DNA of 64,000 nucleotides from Octopus sinensis (lineage: Eukaryota), in contig NC_043015.1 in the NCBI RefSeq assembly GCF_006345805.1, positions 34,224,001-34,288,000 of the forward strand, read 5' to 3'. A model generated the notes under the pieces. That model was not told where the DNA came from. It ran no database searches and saw nothing but the letters and a program-made list of their open reading frames with translations. Made by a program: the position numbers and the translations under genes. Position 1 is the stretch's first letter. Each line of letters starts with the position of its first letter. Below are positions 51,650 through 64,000 of this stretch, in pieces.

Positions 51650-52685
51650 AGTACGTTACAGTTGGCAGGGCTGCCGTTTTGATATTTAGTCCTGGAAATC
51701 TTTCTTAGGACTCTTGCCGAATATAGGATTGCACTTTTTTTCACAATATCGTCCATGCAAGTCTCATTTCCAATATCTTTCATCCTCTTGGGAAGCAACG
51801 TGAATGTGGTGCTAAGTGCACCAATTACCACCGAAATAATTATCATCTTATTCTTCGGCAATTTCTTTACCTCTCTGAAAAATTCCAAATAATTATTAAC
51901 TTTCTCAATTTCTTTCGTATCCACTCTTGCAAAGTCTGTGATTTTACACTGTTTGTGTTGTGTGTGTGTGCGTGTGCGCGTGCGCGTGTGAGTGTGTGTG
52001 CGTGTGAGTGTGTGTGTGCGTGTGCGCGTGCGCGTGTGAGTGTGTGTGTGCGTGTGCGTGTGTACACGTCCTCTATAATCATACCTGGTCTTCTTACTCC
52101 AGTAGTATGGTCACTCTTTATGGAGGAATCCAATAAAATCCGGTAATTTTTCTTTATCATGGCCTCAGGTTTTAGTTCAAACCACACATTCAGTTGGCAT
52201 CTCAATGCTCTCTTTTAGCTATGCAATCATGCCTCCTATTATACTCTTTTTGTGGAAGCTTACTGCGTTCACTCAAGGGACGGTTTATACTTTCATCTCC
52301 TTTCTCACAGATTTTGCGTTTGCTCAATGACTGAGGTTTATCAATCTTCGCCTTTATCAAATTCGTTTTACTAGTTTGTTCCTGAGCGGCTATAATTAGC
52401 GCTTCGATATCGCGTTTCGGATTTCCGTCCGTCAACCACAATAAGACTTCTTTACTTCCAACATCATTGGTTCGTTGCATCAATTGGCTATGTAATTTCT
52501 TTTCTTTCCATCTACTTGTTCTGTTGTTCTTCCCCCTGTTTATGAATTCTACTACTTCGGTAATTTTTTGGACATTTTAGCCGTCGATAGTATTCTTTCT
52601 TCACTATGCAGAACCTCATTTTTCAAACTCAGTATTGCAATACCAACGATGCCTTCTGCGTTTAGCAGTCCTCTGGCCCCACTCC
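51650..52685 (-). mobile_element. R4/Dong-type LINE 3' fragment
   Basis: GARGLLNAE, WLTDGNPKRDIEALIIAAQEQ, EYNRRHD, EIEKVNNY, VVIGAL, KKSAILYSARVLRK; (CA/CG) tract interrupts at 51950-52065. Confidence 0.85.
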
Positions 52686-52834
52686 CACAATTCTGGTAGG
52701 TAGAGTCTGGACTCCGAAAGGATAAAATAAATATCAGTCAGTTGCTGGGATTGATGTAATCGACTAGTCCCCCTCCCTCTAAATTCCAGGCCTTGAGCCT
52801 TTAGTAGAAAGGATTATTATTATCATTATTATTA

Positions 52835-52913
<79 letters not shown>

Positions 52914-52928
52914 TAGTAGTAGTAGTAT

Positions 52929-53280
52929 GATAAGTGTACACCAGGCTCTTGCATCATAACGTTAATGTGCGCTACATGGTGATCTTATATCAAGATGAAC
53001 AGCGCTTCACCTTGCAGATGGGGCCCAGTTAGAATTTTCTTCAGGTTGAGTAGCCAATCCCGTTCAAAAAGTCCCTGAATGCGGGTTGCTTAAGGATATG
53101 TGTCCAGAGGTGAATTATTCAAACCCCAAAGAATTCCTCTCAACACATGGTTATGATGCTCCCCCACTACTCCTACTCGTGATCAGAGATGCACATATCA
53201 TCAGCCACTAAAGGACAAACTCAACTGGTTATGGTCAAGCAGCTGACAAGCAAATCTGTCGTTTTGAGCAGAATATTTGC
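52929..53280 (-). mobile_element. Second, truncated copy of family A repeat
   Basis: Colinear with about 10690-11070; (ACT)n(AAT)n on its 3' side at 52815-52926. Confidence 0.75.
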
Positions 53281-53589
53281 ATAAATTATTGTTAACAACT
53301 TCCAAAGGCTTTATAATCAGTTATTTACTTTTCCTGCCGACAGAAATTTCTTTAATTGCATCTAGGTCGGGGGTGGGCAGAATATAAAGAATGCGCAACA
53401 AGTAGAAGATGTCGACCCTACACACACAAACATGCAACCATTTTGCAGCGAAGAAAAGAGAATATAGTAAGATAACAGGGTAATTCCGTTAGTAGGGGAG
53501 ATATTCACACACACACATGCTTCAACCAGCAGAAAAGAACTCAATCAGGTAAGAGAGTAAATATAACCTTAAAATAATAGTATTCTTTC

Positions 53590-54260
53590 TTATGTTCACT
53601 ACGCTGAACATCATTTTTCAAACCCTCCAAATGTTAAATAGCAACGGACGATTCGAGCCTGCCTCGGATCCACATGTAGAGACAAATCTTCCGTTGTTTA
53701 TGAAGCACAGATTTCAGCAAACCACGACAATGGTCGTACAGATATAGAATATTATATCGGAGCCGTGGAAGGAAAATTGAAATCTAGATATAACAACCAT
53801 CTTTCGCATTTTAGGTACTGTGATAAGCAGTGCCGGTTCAAGGTACCGGAAACTTGGGCAGTCGCCCGGGGCGCCATGAGCCAGGGGCACCAACGATGGC
53901 GTGACAAAGACAAGGAAATTTCCACGACCGTCAGCTTGTACACTCCGGGGTGTCAGCAACCCTAGGGCCGGCCCTGGTAATAAGAGACATTCAACAACTC
54001 TTTCGGCTTTAATCTGGAAACTTAAAACGAAGGGACCAGTTTCGACATCAAATGGAAAATCCTCTCCAAATCCAAACCCTATATTGACGGGTCTAAAAAT
54101 TGTTCAGTGTGTTCTCTTGAAAAACTGTATCTATTAAAAAGCTTGAGAACCTCCCACGACGACATAAGTTCGAGTAACGGGGTTTTTTCTGTATGTCCGC
54201 AATTCAAGAAATACATCTTGTCGGAATTTCAAAGTAGACCACCGGTCTATATAAGTAGAC
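53590..54260 (+). mobile_element. Penelope-like GIY-YIG endonuclease fragment, interrupted by a MITE
   Basis: VVYEAQI...YYIGAVEGKLKSRYNNHLSHF, HSTTLSALIWKLK, DIKWKIL, CSVCSLEKLYL. Confidence 0.85.
53828..53976. mobile_element. hAT-type MITE (same family as 45700-45865)
   Basis: Ends CAGTGCCGG / CCGGCCCTG; TSD GTGATAAG (53820-53827) / GTAATAAG (53977-53984); shared GGCGTGACAAAGACAAGGAAATTTCCACGACCGTCAGCTT. Confidence 0.9.
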
Positions 54261-54505
54261 CACAAACATCTGGTTTACGTCTGCTTGACATTGTATTATA
54301 GTAAATTTTGTTTATTTCCCTTGTGTCTTTCTTCTCTTCTTCTTTACAGGTGTCTCTTGGTTAAACGTTATCTGTTCAGAAGACAACTGACACACGGCCT
54401 CGTTTTCAGCGTGATAAATGGCGGAATAAATTAATATTTGGGATTTTTTTCTAAGCTTATGCGTGCGCGTGTATGTGTGTGTGAAAAATATCTATATTAA
54501 TATAC

Positions 54506-54538
<33 letters not shown>

Positions 54539-54765
54539 GATATATATGTGTGTGTGTGTGTGTGCGTGTGTGTGTGTGTGTGTGTGCATAGAATACATTA
54601 CGATAAACACAAGTTTATATTCATTTATATATATATGTATGTATATATCTATATATCTATCTGTCTGTCTGTCTGCCTCTCTCTCTATATCTATCTATCT
54701 ATCTATCTATCTATATATATATATATATGTATGTATATATCTATATATCTATCTATCTATCTACT

Positions 54766-54855
<90 letters not shown>

Positions 54856-55243
54856 TACATACATATATCTATATATATATGTGTGTGTGGTGTGTGTGTG
54901 TGTGTGTGTGTATGTATAAATGGATATAAACTTGTGTTTATCGTAAAGTATTGTATATATACATACACATATATATATATACTTATATATTTATATATAC
55001 TTATACACACACACACATACATATACATATGTATATTAACATATATATATATATATATATCCATACGTTTATGAATTTGTTTTTGCAAAACTCCTGATGT
55101 GAAATCGTGTGTTGAAACAGGTATTGTTATATTTCGGGATAGACATTTTTATCTTGTTTTTTTTTTTTTTCCTATATAAACACGCTCACAATATATTTGT
55201 TCTTCACTCGTTTATTACTGTTCTTATTCTAACTCATGTCCAT

Positions 55244-55288
55244 TGTCCAGAAAGCTTTCGTCACACATCTGTGACCACTTCAGCGACA
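55244..55288 (-). ncRNA. Degenerate hammerhead-like motif
   Basis: Minus TGTCG-CTGAAGT-G-GTCACA(GATG)TGTGAC-GAAAGCTTTC-TGGACA; A9 substituted, stem I register imperfect. Confidence 0.4.
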
Positions 55289-55373
55289 CCTTTCATCTTT
55301 GTGTGCGCTTTTGCTCCACTTATTTCATTCTGCTCTTCTAAGATGTGTATCCTTTTGTGAGCATGCGTTTGCG

Positions 55374-55429
<56 letters not shown>

Positions 55430-55739
55430 TGTGCGTGTGTGTGTGTATGTGCGTATGTGTGTGCGCATGTGTGTCTGTATGCTTGTGTGTGTGTCATCGT
55501 TCTAAGTAGCTGTATGACCTTCCTCTCAACCCCATCCTCTCCCTCCGTTGTTGCTGCTGCTGTCCTAAGAACCGAACATTTGGTACAGTTCCTGTATCCC
55601 TCTGTATTTGTGTTGTTGTTATTGTCATCGTTGTCACTGCCTCTGTTGCTGTCGTTGTTAGTCGTGTTGTTGATACTGTTGCGGCCGTCTGTAAAGTTGT
55701 GTGTATATGGGTTCGCCAGGTTGTCACTCGAAGAATTCG

Positions 55740-56410
55740 TCAATGCCACGTTTTCAGCTTCATGTTTTTGACCAAAACGCATCGCAGACTTTTGGAGAGC
55801 GACTGAAAAAGATAATAATCTGAACGGAGTATATCAGGTGAATACGTTGGGAGTGCTAGAACTTCCCAAACTATATTCTTGAATAGCATTTTTCTCAAAG
55901 TAGCGACGTGGGAGGCAGCGCTATGGTATTGGAGGAACACGCCATATCACCGGTTGCAGACGCAGTCCCAGGAAATTTTTGAAAGGTGAGCACAAAATCA
56001 GAAGGGAATACAATTCCAGGAGAAAAGGGTGAAATGACATTATTTAGGAGAGCGCACTTCTTTTCTTGAGAATGGGTGCACGTGGCTCTCAACCCCCCAT
56101 CGTGGGTCTGCCCCTGGCTTGGCTCGTTTAAGCTGGATTGCCAGTGTATTTACTGAAGAGAAAATTCCGCGTTGACCGAGTTTTTTTTTTGTTTTTTTTA
56201 GTTATTTTTAAAGTATTTCTCAGTGGATTATCCCATTACAATCCCACCAAATACTGATCCTTGTTTTGTGCGAATGCAACTCTGGTTGTCTCCAGATGTT
56301 GCGAGCTTGTCGGGATTCGGCCATTCTTTCCTTTGCATCTTATTCATGTAAAGACAGTATTTTTCATCGCCGGTGACGACAGGGTGGAGAAATCTTTTGT
56401 GCGTGTACGT
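55740..56410 (-). mobile_element. mariner (DD34D-type) transposase fragments, interrupted
   Basis: VVTGDEKYCLYMN..QRKEW, IWWDCNGIIH, then WEVLALPTYSPDILRSDYYLFQSL. Confidence 0.75.
55957..56116. mobile_element. Possible MITE inside the mariner remnant
   Basis: Right end GGGTCTGCCCCTG, degenerate left end CAGACGCAGTCCC; no TSD found. Confidence 0.3.
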
Positions 56411-56477
56411 TCAGGAGTAACCTGGTATCGATCCAAAAAACTGGAGTTTGTCTCTTCCGTTCAGAGCGTACGGCACC

Positions 56478-56508
<31 letters not shown>

Positions 56509-57574
56509 AGTCGTCGTCATCGTCATCGCCGGAATGAATTGTTTTAATGTGTCAAAGTTTCATAACTTCGTAGTAAGTGTATATGTTTTTTGTGTGTATA
56601 TAGAGTCTACTTAGAAACACGTGCGCACGCATACAGTTCCAGTCTTCTGTACATAGTTTTGAAGCATCGGTTCTAAAATCATTTTTTTAATGAGAACAGG
56701 TTGTTGACATATTGCTTCAAGCTGAAAAGAAACCTCCCGAGAATCAGTTCTGATGTCAATCACGCCACGTAACTCGGCGCACAAGTACTGGCAATGTAGT
56801 TTCGTTCTTTAATGTTTTGGAGTGGGAATTATTCTCTTGTTTGTTTGTTTGTTGTGTATGATTTTCTGTTTTGAAGTCTAGAAAAGTTTATTTCATGTGT
56901 CGACATGAGTGTTTGTATGTATCTGAGTATACACTGAAACATCCATGTGTATATGAAATTGGTGAAGGCACGTAGTCAAGAGCTCCGGATTATTAGCGGT
57001 TTGTTGCCCTTGAGCAAGGTTTTTACTTTCACCTTACTGCAGCCCACAGCTGAAAGTGCGATGAACTGGCTTCTCGCTCAATTTAGTGTGGGTTTTCTGC
57101 TCTCAATCACCGAAATACCTGGAAATCCTCATACGCTCGGGTCTCATGGGATTGTAGGGGTCGAGACATCATCTTCTGCCTCTTTGCCTATATCCCTCTT
57201 CTCTCCACTCTTTCATCGTAATAACAACCCTATCTGTATCCTTTTTATTATTACACCCATCCGCCGGCCTACTTCCACTCACTCCCACCTATCGGCTTAT
57301 CGCTAGTTTTGTAGATTCAACGCTCAACTTCAGTTTTTGGCTCATTTCTTTATCCGAAAGACCAGAGACACAAAACGCTCAGTCGAAAATCAGTCAATAT
57401 TTAATTCTTGATATTAGATTGATTGACTTATTTCCGATACTGGAATCCAGAACCGATAATTAAAATTTTGGTAGCTTAGAGGACCGGTTGTTAGCATTTT
57501 CATAGTTCAGCGAAATGGTGGTTAAACTGCTTTTTCTTTTTTCATTTTCTGTTGCAGCTAACCATTGAGTCTAC

Positions 57575-58123
57575 ATACATACATACATACATACAATACA
57601 TACATACATACATACACACATACATACATACATACATACATACATACATACATACACATACACACACACACACATACATACATACATACATACATACATA
57701 CATACATACATACATACATACATACATTCATTCATTCATACATACATACATGCATACATACATACATACATACATACATACATACATTCATTCATTCATA
57801 CATACATACATGCATACATACATAACTACACAATTATCAATTCATCAATTCTCCCATATATATATATATTTATTTATATATATATATATGTGTGTGTGTG
57901 TATAGATTGATAGATAGATAAATAGATAGATAAATATAGACATAAAGACATACACATACATACATGTTGGTGTAGACACGTAGTTTTATATACACAGTTG
58001 TTATGGGGATATTCCTTCATTGATGTAATTGATTTTTTGAATAAGTATATATACATATACATACATACATACATACATAACATACATACATACATACATA
58101 CATACATACATACATACATACAA

Positions 58124-58177
<54 letters not shown>

Positions 58178-58180
58178 CAC
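57575..58180. repeat. (TACA)n/(TA)n microsatellites
   Basis: Direct reading. Confidence 0.9.
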
Positions 58181-59069
58181 ACATTCTGTAAGTGCAAACA
58201 TAAATATGGATATAATCCAGCTATGCACACACACAGAGGAATGCATATATGATGGACTCACCTGTTGAGGACGTTTTGCGAGCGATCAATAACGGAATAA
58301 AAAAAGAAATGTTTTTGCTGAACAATCTTTATAAAGAATTTATTTTAAATGTAATAAGTTTCTGTGGAGCAGCCTACCCGCATTCTCTGCTCGTAATTGC
58401 TGCACAGTGTGTCAGTCCCACACACGGATGCTTGCTACAGAAGGTAGAAATGCAGAGCCCAAGCAAATCGATATTGATCTCCTTTGTATTTGTGTAACCA
58501 GAGTATACAAAAGAAACTATATAACCGCAATGTGACACATCCAAACCATCTGCTGCTGTGGTTGAGATTTTTGAACAGGTTTACTCCTGACTTTATTTTG
58601 CATGGGACATTGGACAGAACTTCCAAGTCATACGCGTTTTCTCTTACCATAACTAGAACTTGATCACAGGGTTAAGTTCGTTCTTCGTGTTGACAGCTTT
58701 TGTTTATGCTCCATTGATTTACTATACTCCCCCTTTTGCACTGAGTACAACTTGATCAACGGTTTTGTTGTTTACTAACTTGGTCAGCCTTAAATGGACA
58801 GATTAGACAAATCAATCAAGACTTAATTAATTAATCAATGACACTAAAGAAGTCAAGTGCTCTTGGACTGATCCTCCCAAAATACAACAATATATCAAGG
58901 AACAATAAATCAATTTGGTTAATTACTCAGGCGCGTCTTCAGCACAAAAATTCTTTTAAAAAAAGCTAATAGTTAAGTTAACAGACATTTATAGTCGGGG
59001 CAATCGATGAGTCACACGAGTATCTTATGACAGGGGAGTTTTACAGCTTCCTCGGCAGTCATCATTATC

Positions 59070-59108
59070 ATCGTCGCCGTCGTCATCATCATCTTCATCA
59101 TCACCACC

Positions 59109-59142
<34 letters not shown>

Positions 59143-59147
59143 TCATT

Positions 59148-59187
<40 letters not shown>

Positions 59188-59189
59188 CC

Positions 59190-59223
<34 letters not shown>

Positions 59224-59230
59224 TCATCAA
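59070..59230. repeat. (CAT)n/(CAC)n trinucleotide repeat
   Basis: Direct reading; source of poly-His/Met/Asp ORFs. Confidence 0.95.
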
Positions 59231-59896
59231 AAACGATAGATGGTAATAATCTCTCTACATATAAACGGCAAAATGTGTGTGTGTGTGTGTGTCCTTTATA
59301 CAAATCCACAATTTTTCAGTGAGAGGGCTCGCACTTTCTATGGTCATTCAAAACCATCCAAGGGTGGTCGTGCACATCTTTACATTTCCCCAGTCACCCT
59401 GCAAAGCCATTAAAAAATCAATAGAAGTGACATTTTTGTGAATTTTCTATCGAAAACCCAATCAAAATGCCCGAAACTTGATACGCCAATTGAATGCCAG
59501 CTAGCTATATGGGATTGGTCGGAGATTTGGACAGAACTCGCGTGTATGTGCGCACGCACACAGCAGTATATAGATGCACTGGCACTATGACCCGGCGTTG
59601 CCGGATCATAGTGCTAGTGATAGATATTAACCTATCTTTTTACAACATTCACTGCTGCCTGTTCGTTATATATTATACGGTTGTGTGTGTATTTACTCAC
59701 AATCGTCATCAACATCTTCCCCCTCTTCTTCATTATTACCATCATCGCCATCAGCATCACCATCAGCATCAGGTTTCTGATTTTCTCGCGGTAAATAATT
59801 AGATAACTGGGGCCTCAGGAGCCATAGACCACTGTTTTAACTTGGTTGGCTTCGACTGAGATCGGATGAACTTTTATAAAGTAGTAGTAGTAGTAT

Positions 59897-59941
<45 letters not shown>

Positions 59942-60511
59942 GGGGAGTAGCCCCAAATCAGTTCTTGCCGGCCAAACATATGATGGAGGTGTTCCAGCCA
60001 CGACCATACTGTCTTTTCATGCACGTCTACGACAACATAGTCAAAAGCATCCTTCTTTTTATAAAGCGATGGAATGTGGTTTGAAGGAGATTTAGTTGCT
60101 ATTTCTAGCACGTAGAGTGATAACTATATGGGTATCTCGTAGAATCAAAAGAGTTTTATTGTGCTTTTTTCTGCTCAATCTGCCAGGCGACGACGACGAT
60201 GACGACGACGACGATGATGATGATGATGATGATGATGATAACGATTACTACTACTACTACTACTACTACGACGACAGTGACAATGATGATGATAGCAATG
60301 TCTCCCTCCTTTCTCTCTACTTCTCTTTCTCTCTATTTCTCTTTCTCTCTCCGTTCCAGACAACAGAACTTCAAACTTTGCTTTCATCGGCTTTCTTTCA
60401 GTGAAAATGTAGAGAAACTGGCCAACCGATATTTCTCCAGGAGTATTCGAGGAACCAAAGCTTTGAGCTGTTGTAAATTCATTACAGAACCTATGTCATC
60501 TCGCTTAATAT

Positions 60512-60745
60512 GTATTTCTTTATTGCCCACAAGGGGCTAAACACAGAGGGGACAAACAACGACAGACAAAGGTATTAAGTCGATTACATCGACCCCAGTG
60601 CGTAATTGGTACTTATTTAATCGATCCCGAAAGGATGAAAGGCAAAGTCGACCTCGGTGGAATTTGAACTCAGAACGTAACGGCAGGCGAAATACGGCTA
60701 AGTATTTCGCCCGCCGTGCTAACGTTTCTGCCAGCTCGCCGCCTT
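60512..60745 (-). mobile_element. Full-length family B SINE with 9-bp TSD
   Basis: Head AAGGCGGCGAGCTGGCAGAAACGTTAG; GCTTAATAT at 60503-60511 and 60746-60754. Confidence 0.9.
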
Positions 60746-60840
60746 GCTTAATATTAAAGAAAGTTCTCAGGATTCAGTCTCATGGCTTGCAAAGGAGACT
60801 TGTAAATTAATCAGAATGGTTAGTCTGATACCCAGCTTGC

Positions 60841-60941
<101 letters not shown>

Positions 60942-61302
60942 TGTATAGATATATCCTTTTGTTTATTCTTTTATTTGTTTGAGTCATTTGACTACGGCCA
61001 TGCTGGAGCACCACACACACAGAGGAAGAGAGGAGAGTGACCAGCAGAGTGAGAGAGAGAGGGAGACAGACAAACTCCGAAGAAGCGAAGGTAGAAATGA
61101 TCTAATAATGAATTATAGATCCTCACTCCGTTAAAAATAGAGCAGGAATAAGTAATTCATTGTCTCTTTACAACATGGACAATACGTCTCAACGGCTGCG
61201 TATAAACGATTGTTGCAGCATATTGGCCATGTTTCAAATGATCCAATAAGTATACCTGTGTGTGTGTGAGAGAAAGAATGTGTACGTAGATAAGTATAAG
61301 TG

Positions 61303-61517
61303 TACGAGGGCTTTAGGTAAAAGTTCCTGGCTTTAGGTAAAACAAAATACAGAGGATCAGTTGCTTATGATCTTATGCAACATGTTCCCTTCTCAGATTC
61401 ACACACTTCTTGCAACGGTCCTTCAGTTTTTTTAACCCTGTAAAAGAACTCAGAAGGTTGGGTTTCGAACCAGGCCTCTGGCGATACTCTTAAAGCGAGG
61501 AACTTTTCTACTACATA
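61303..61517. mobile_element. mariner-like MITE
   Basis: TACGAGGG start; inverted AAAAGTTCCTGGCTTTA / TAAAGCGAGGAACTTTT. Confidence 0.6.
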
Positions 61518-62051
61518 CTGAGATACACATATATATATGTGTAATATATAATGTATGTATACATCTTCGTTAGAAACAGGAGGTTGGATAACCGACAAGG
61601 AGGAGGAGGAGTCCTAGACTAACGAAAGATCTGTACCATCAGACAACTGGCAAGTGAACTGCAACGTCCTCGTGATTGCAACATAAAATAGGAAAATGTA
61701 AAAAGGGGGAAACTTTGTGCTCTGCAGTTTCTTTCTTCTTTTAAATCAAGTCTGCTATGTACATACATACGTACGCAAAGGACCAAAGACCCTTTCCGAG
61801 CAGCAATAGGCTCTTCAGGCCTGTTCCTCAGAATCCGTGGCTATATATTTCCCACCTGGATGGGATGTGGTCCATCAAAGGATTACATATTTTACCAGCT
61901 GAGCGAACTGGAGCAACATGAAATGAAGTGTTTTGCTCAGCAATACAATGCATCACGTGGTCCAGGAATCGAAAACACAATGTGTACAACTCCCTAACCA
62001 CTAAAACACGCACCTCTACACATACATACATACATGTGTACACACACACAA

Positions 62052-62116
<65 letters not shown>

Positions 62117-62299
62117 CGATACATATAAAGGGTGAAATATAATTAATTTAATAAAATTAATAAATTTCACCTAGTAGTCTTTCGGTATGGAAAGGACCAT
62201 ATTCGGTAAAACTTTATATATAACTATAATTATATAATTATATATATAATATATATATATAATATATATATAATATAATATATATATATATAATATTAT

Positions 62300-62379
<80 letters not shown>

Positions 62380-62500
62380 TAGGGAGTAAGTATACACACA
62401 CTCATGCCTACATACACGTATATGTATGTAAGTATCTATCTATCTATCTATCTATATATATATATACACTTTATTTAAAGCAGCAGAAAATTCAAAAAAC

Positions 62501-62538
62501 CTGTTACTCTGAGTTTCACGTTACCGTTCGTCGGACAG
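62501..62538 (-). ncRNA. Minimal type I hammerhead variant (U4C), left arm
   Basis: Exact reverse complement of 62556-62593. Confidence 0.6.
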
Positions 62539-62555
62539 TTTTTGCTAGCAAAAAA

Positions 62556-62593
62556 CTGTCCGACGAACGGTAACGTGAAACTCAGAGTAACAG
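62556..62593 (+). ncRNA. Minimal type I hammerhead variant (U4C), right arm
   Basis: CTGT-CCGACGA-ACG(GTAA)CGT-GAA-ACTC(A)GAGT-A-ACAG; GUA at 62587-62589. Confidence 0.6.
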
Positions 62594-62721
62594 GTTTTGT
62601 TGAATTTTCTGCTGCTTTAAATAAATCATATTACTCTACCACTGGTATTTGAGTACTCTTTTTTCCACCTTGTTTCACATTTATGTGTTTACTCCGGGAT
62701 ATATATATATATAATTATATA

Positions 62722-62890
62722 AATGCGACAGGCTTCTACACAGCTTCCTTCTAACAAATCCACCCAGAAGACATTGGTCGGTCCAGGCTTTAGTAGAAGA
62801 CACTTGCCCGAGTGACATTGCAATTAGATTGAACCCGAAGCCAAGTGGTTGCAAAGCGAGATTCGAAACCCCAGCCATGCCCACAACCAA
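62722..62890 (-). mobile_element. OR-like SINE 5' half, degenerate
   Basis: Minus GGGTTCAATC...GGGCAAGTGTCTTCTACTAAAGCC...GGATTTGTTAGAAGGAA, as in 42053-42200. Confidence 0.7.
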
Positions 62891-63825
62891 GTGTTTATAT
62901 ACCGTGACACTCCTTCTATATATAAAAGCGCCTTTATATGTATAGGTATGTTTGTGTGCAAGTATGGTTTGTATGTGTGTTTATGTGTGAATGCGTACTG
63001 AATGTGTATATACATAATTAATTACTTTTCTTAACTGATTAACTTTTCTATATAATTGTGATGGCTCACTGGTCTATTGGCGGTATATTTTATATTCGCT
63101 ATATGTTCAGAGAATTACGTTTCTCATGATTAGTTGACGCGGGAGTGCGTAAGTGCGCGCGCGTGCGTGTGTGTGCGCGCACGTGTGTGTGTGTGTGTGT
63201 GTGTGTCCATAATTCTCTTTTTGTTACTTAGAAAACGTTGCGTTGATTGGAAGAAATTCAGAATAATTTTACAGTTTATTTGATATATTTATGGTTGATT
63301 TCTATTATGATATTATTAACAACTCAATGATTAAATATCGATTTTCTAGTTTATATTATGGTAGTGCATATTTCATAAGTTTTCATAACAATACGTGGGT
63401 GTGTGAGGATTTCTCTCGTCTGATGACTTTATAGTTTCTTATTACAAATGCATAGTTAATCTGGTTGCCTATGTTGTGCCAGTTTGACCTATATGCTAAA
63501 ATGAAGCTAACAAGAAACTTTGGCCTTTACAATTGACAAATAATATTTGATGGTCTTTGATGTTTTTACGTCAGTTTTATTAGTATCGACATTTGTAATA
63601 CTTGATATCGATATTGTTCTTGCAGTGAATCCCTCAAATTAGTCCTCATCCCGTAAACGCCTGATTAAAGGTTTTTCAAGCAATGACCATTCCGTTCTTT
63701 TATTCAGACTCAGTAACATGGCTGTCGTATCTAATATGTCCTTTCTGTTTTAAGATAATACGATGGGATTTCGAGATTTAACTACATGTATGTCTCTGAG
63801 AATGTATGTGTCTACGTACTAGACT

Positions 63826-63945
63826 GATGCTTATTTTCACGACCCCGAAAGGATAAAAGGCGAAGTCGACCTTGGCGGTATTTGAACTCAGAATGTAAAG
63901 ACGAACGATACGCGGCTAAGCATTGTGTCCAGCGTGCGAACGGTA
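63826..63945 (-). mobile_element. Family B SINE fragment
   Basis: GACCCCGAAAGGATAAAAGGCGAAGTCGACCTTGGCGGTATTTGAACTCAG. Confidence 0.75.
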
Positions 63946-64000
63946 ATAAGGATAATAATCCTTTCTACTATAGACCCAAGGATGGAAATTTGAGGGCAGG

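Larger units (their letters stand above)
62470..62625. repeat. 156-bp spacerless inverted repeat
   Basis: Axis 62546/62547 (GCTAGC); arms 77 and 79 bp differing by two 1-bp indels; right arm continues as ordinary repeat to about 62698. Confidence 0.95.

Noticed and set aside
54305-54440. Very strong splice acceptor at 54349
   Set aside because: All frames stop within 30 codons and no good donor follows; it may be a UTR exon but cannot be supported
58255-58450. Minus-strand donor CAG|GTGAGT at about 58261 and a 57-nt segment with Kazal-like VCGTD
   Set aside because: Cysteine spacing of a Kazal domain is not met, and the segments do not join into a coherent gene model

Overview
AT-rich, microsatellite-dense eukaryotic DNA, intergenic or deep-intronic. 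The SINE families and repeat landscape match what I recall of Octopus genomes (inference, not verified). I found no intact host protein-coding gene, tRNA/rRNA gene or CRISPR array, and most of the supplied ORFs are microsatellite read-throughs. The window is a transposon graveyard: tRNA-derived SINEs (two with clear TSDs), R4/Dong-type, HERO-type, CR1-type and RTE-type LINE fragments, Penelope-like (PLE) RT and GIY-YIG fragments, a near-full-length dead Tc1-family element, mariner, MULE and Helitron remnants, and two copies of a hAT-type MITE nested in dead retroelements. The most interesting signal is about ten unrelated short repeats carrying type I hammerhead ribozyme (HHR) motifs with palindromic stem III. 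One has a fully canonical core (34871-34961, minus strand), and two sit in long near-perfect palindromes (27557-27740, 62470-62625). Most abut microsatellites, mainly (TA)n. All folds and translations were done by eye; no searches were run.
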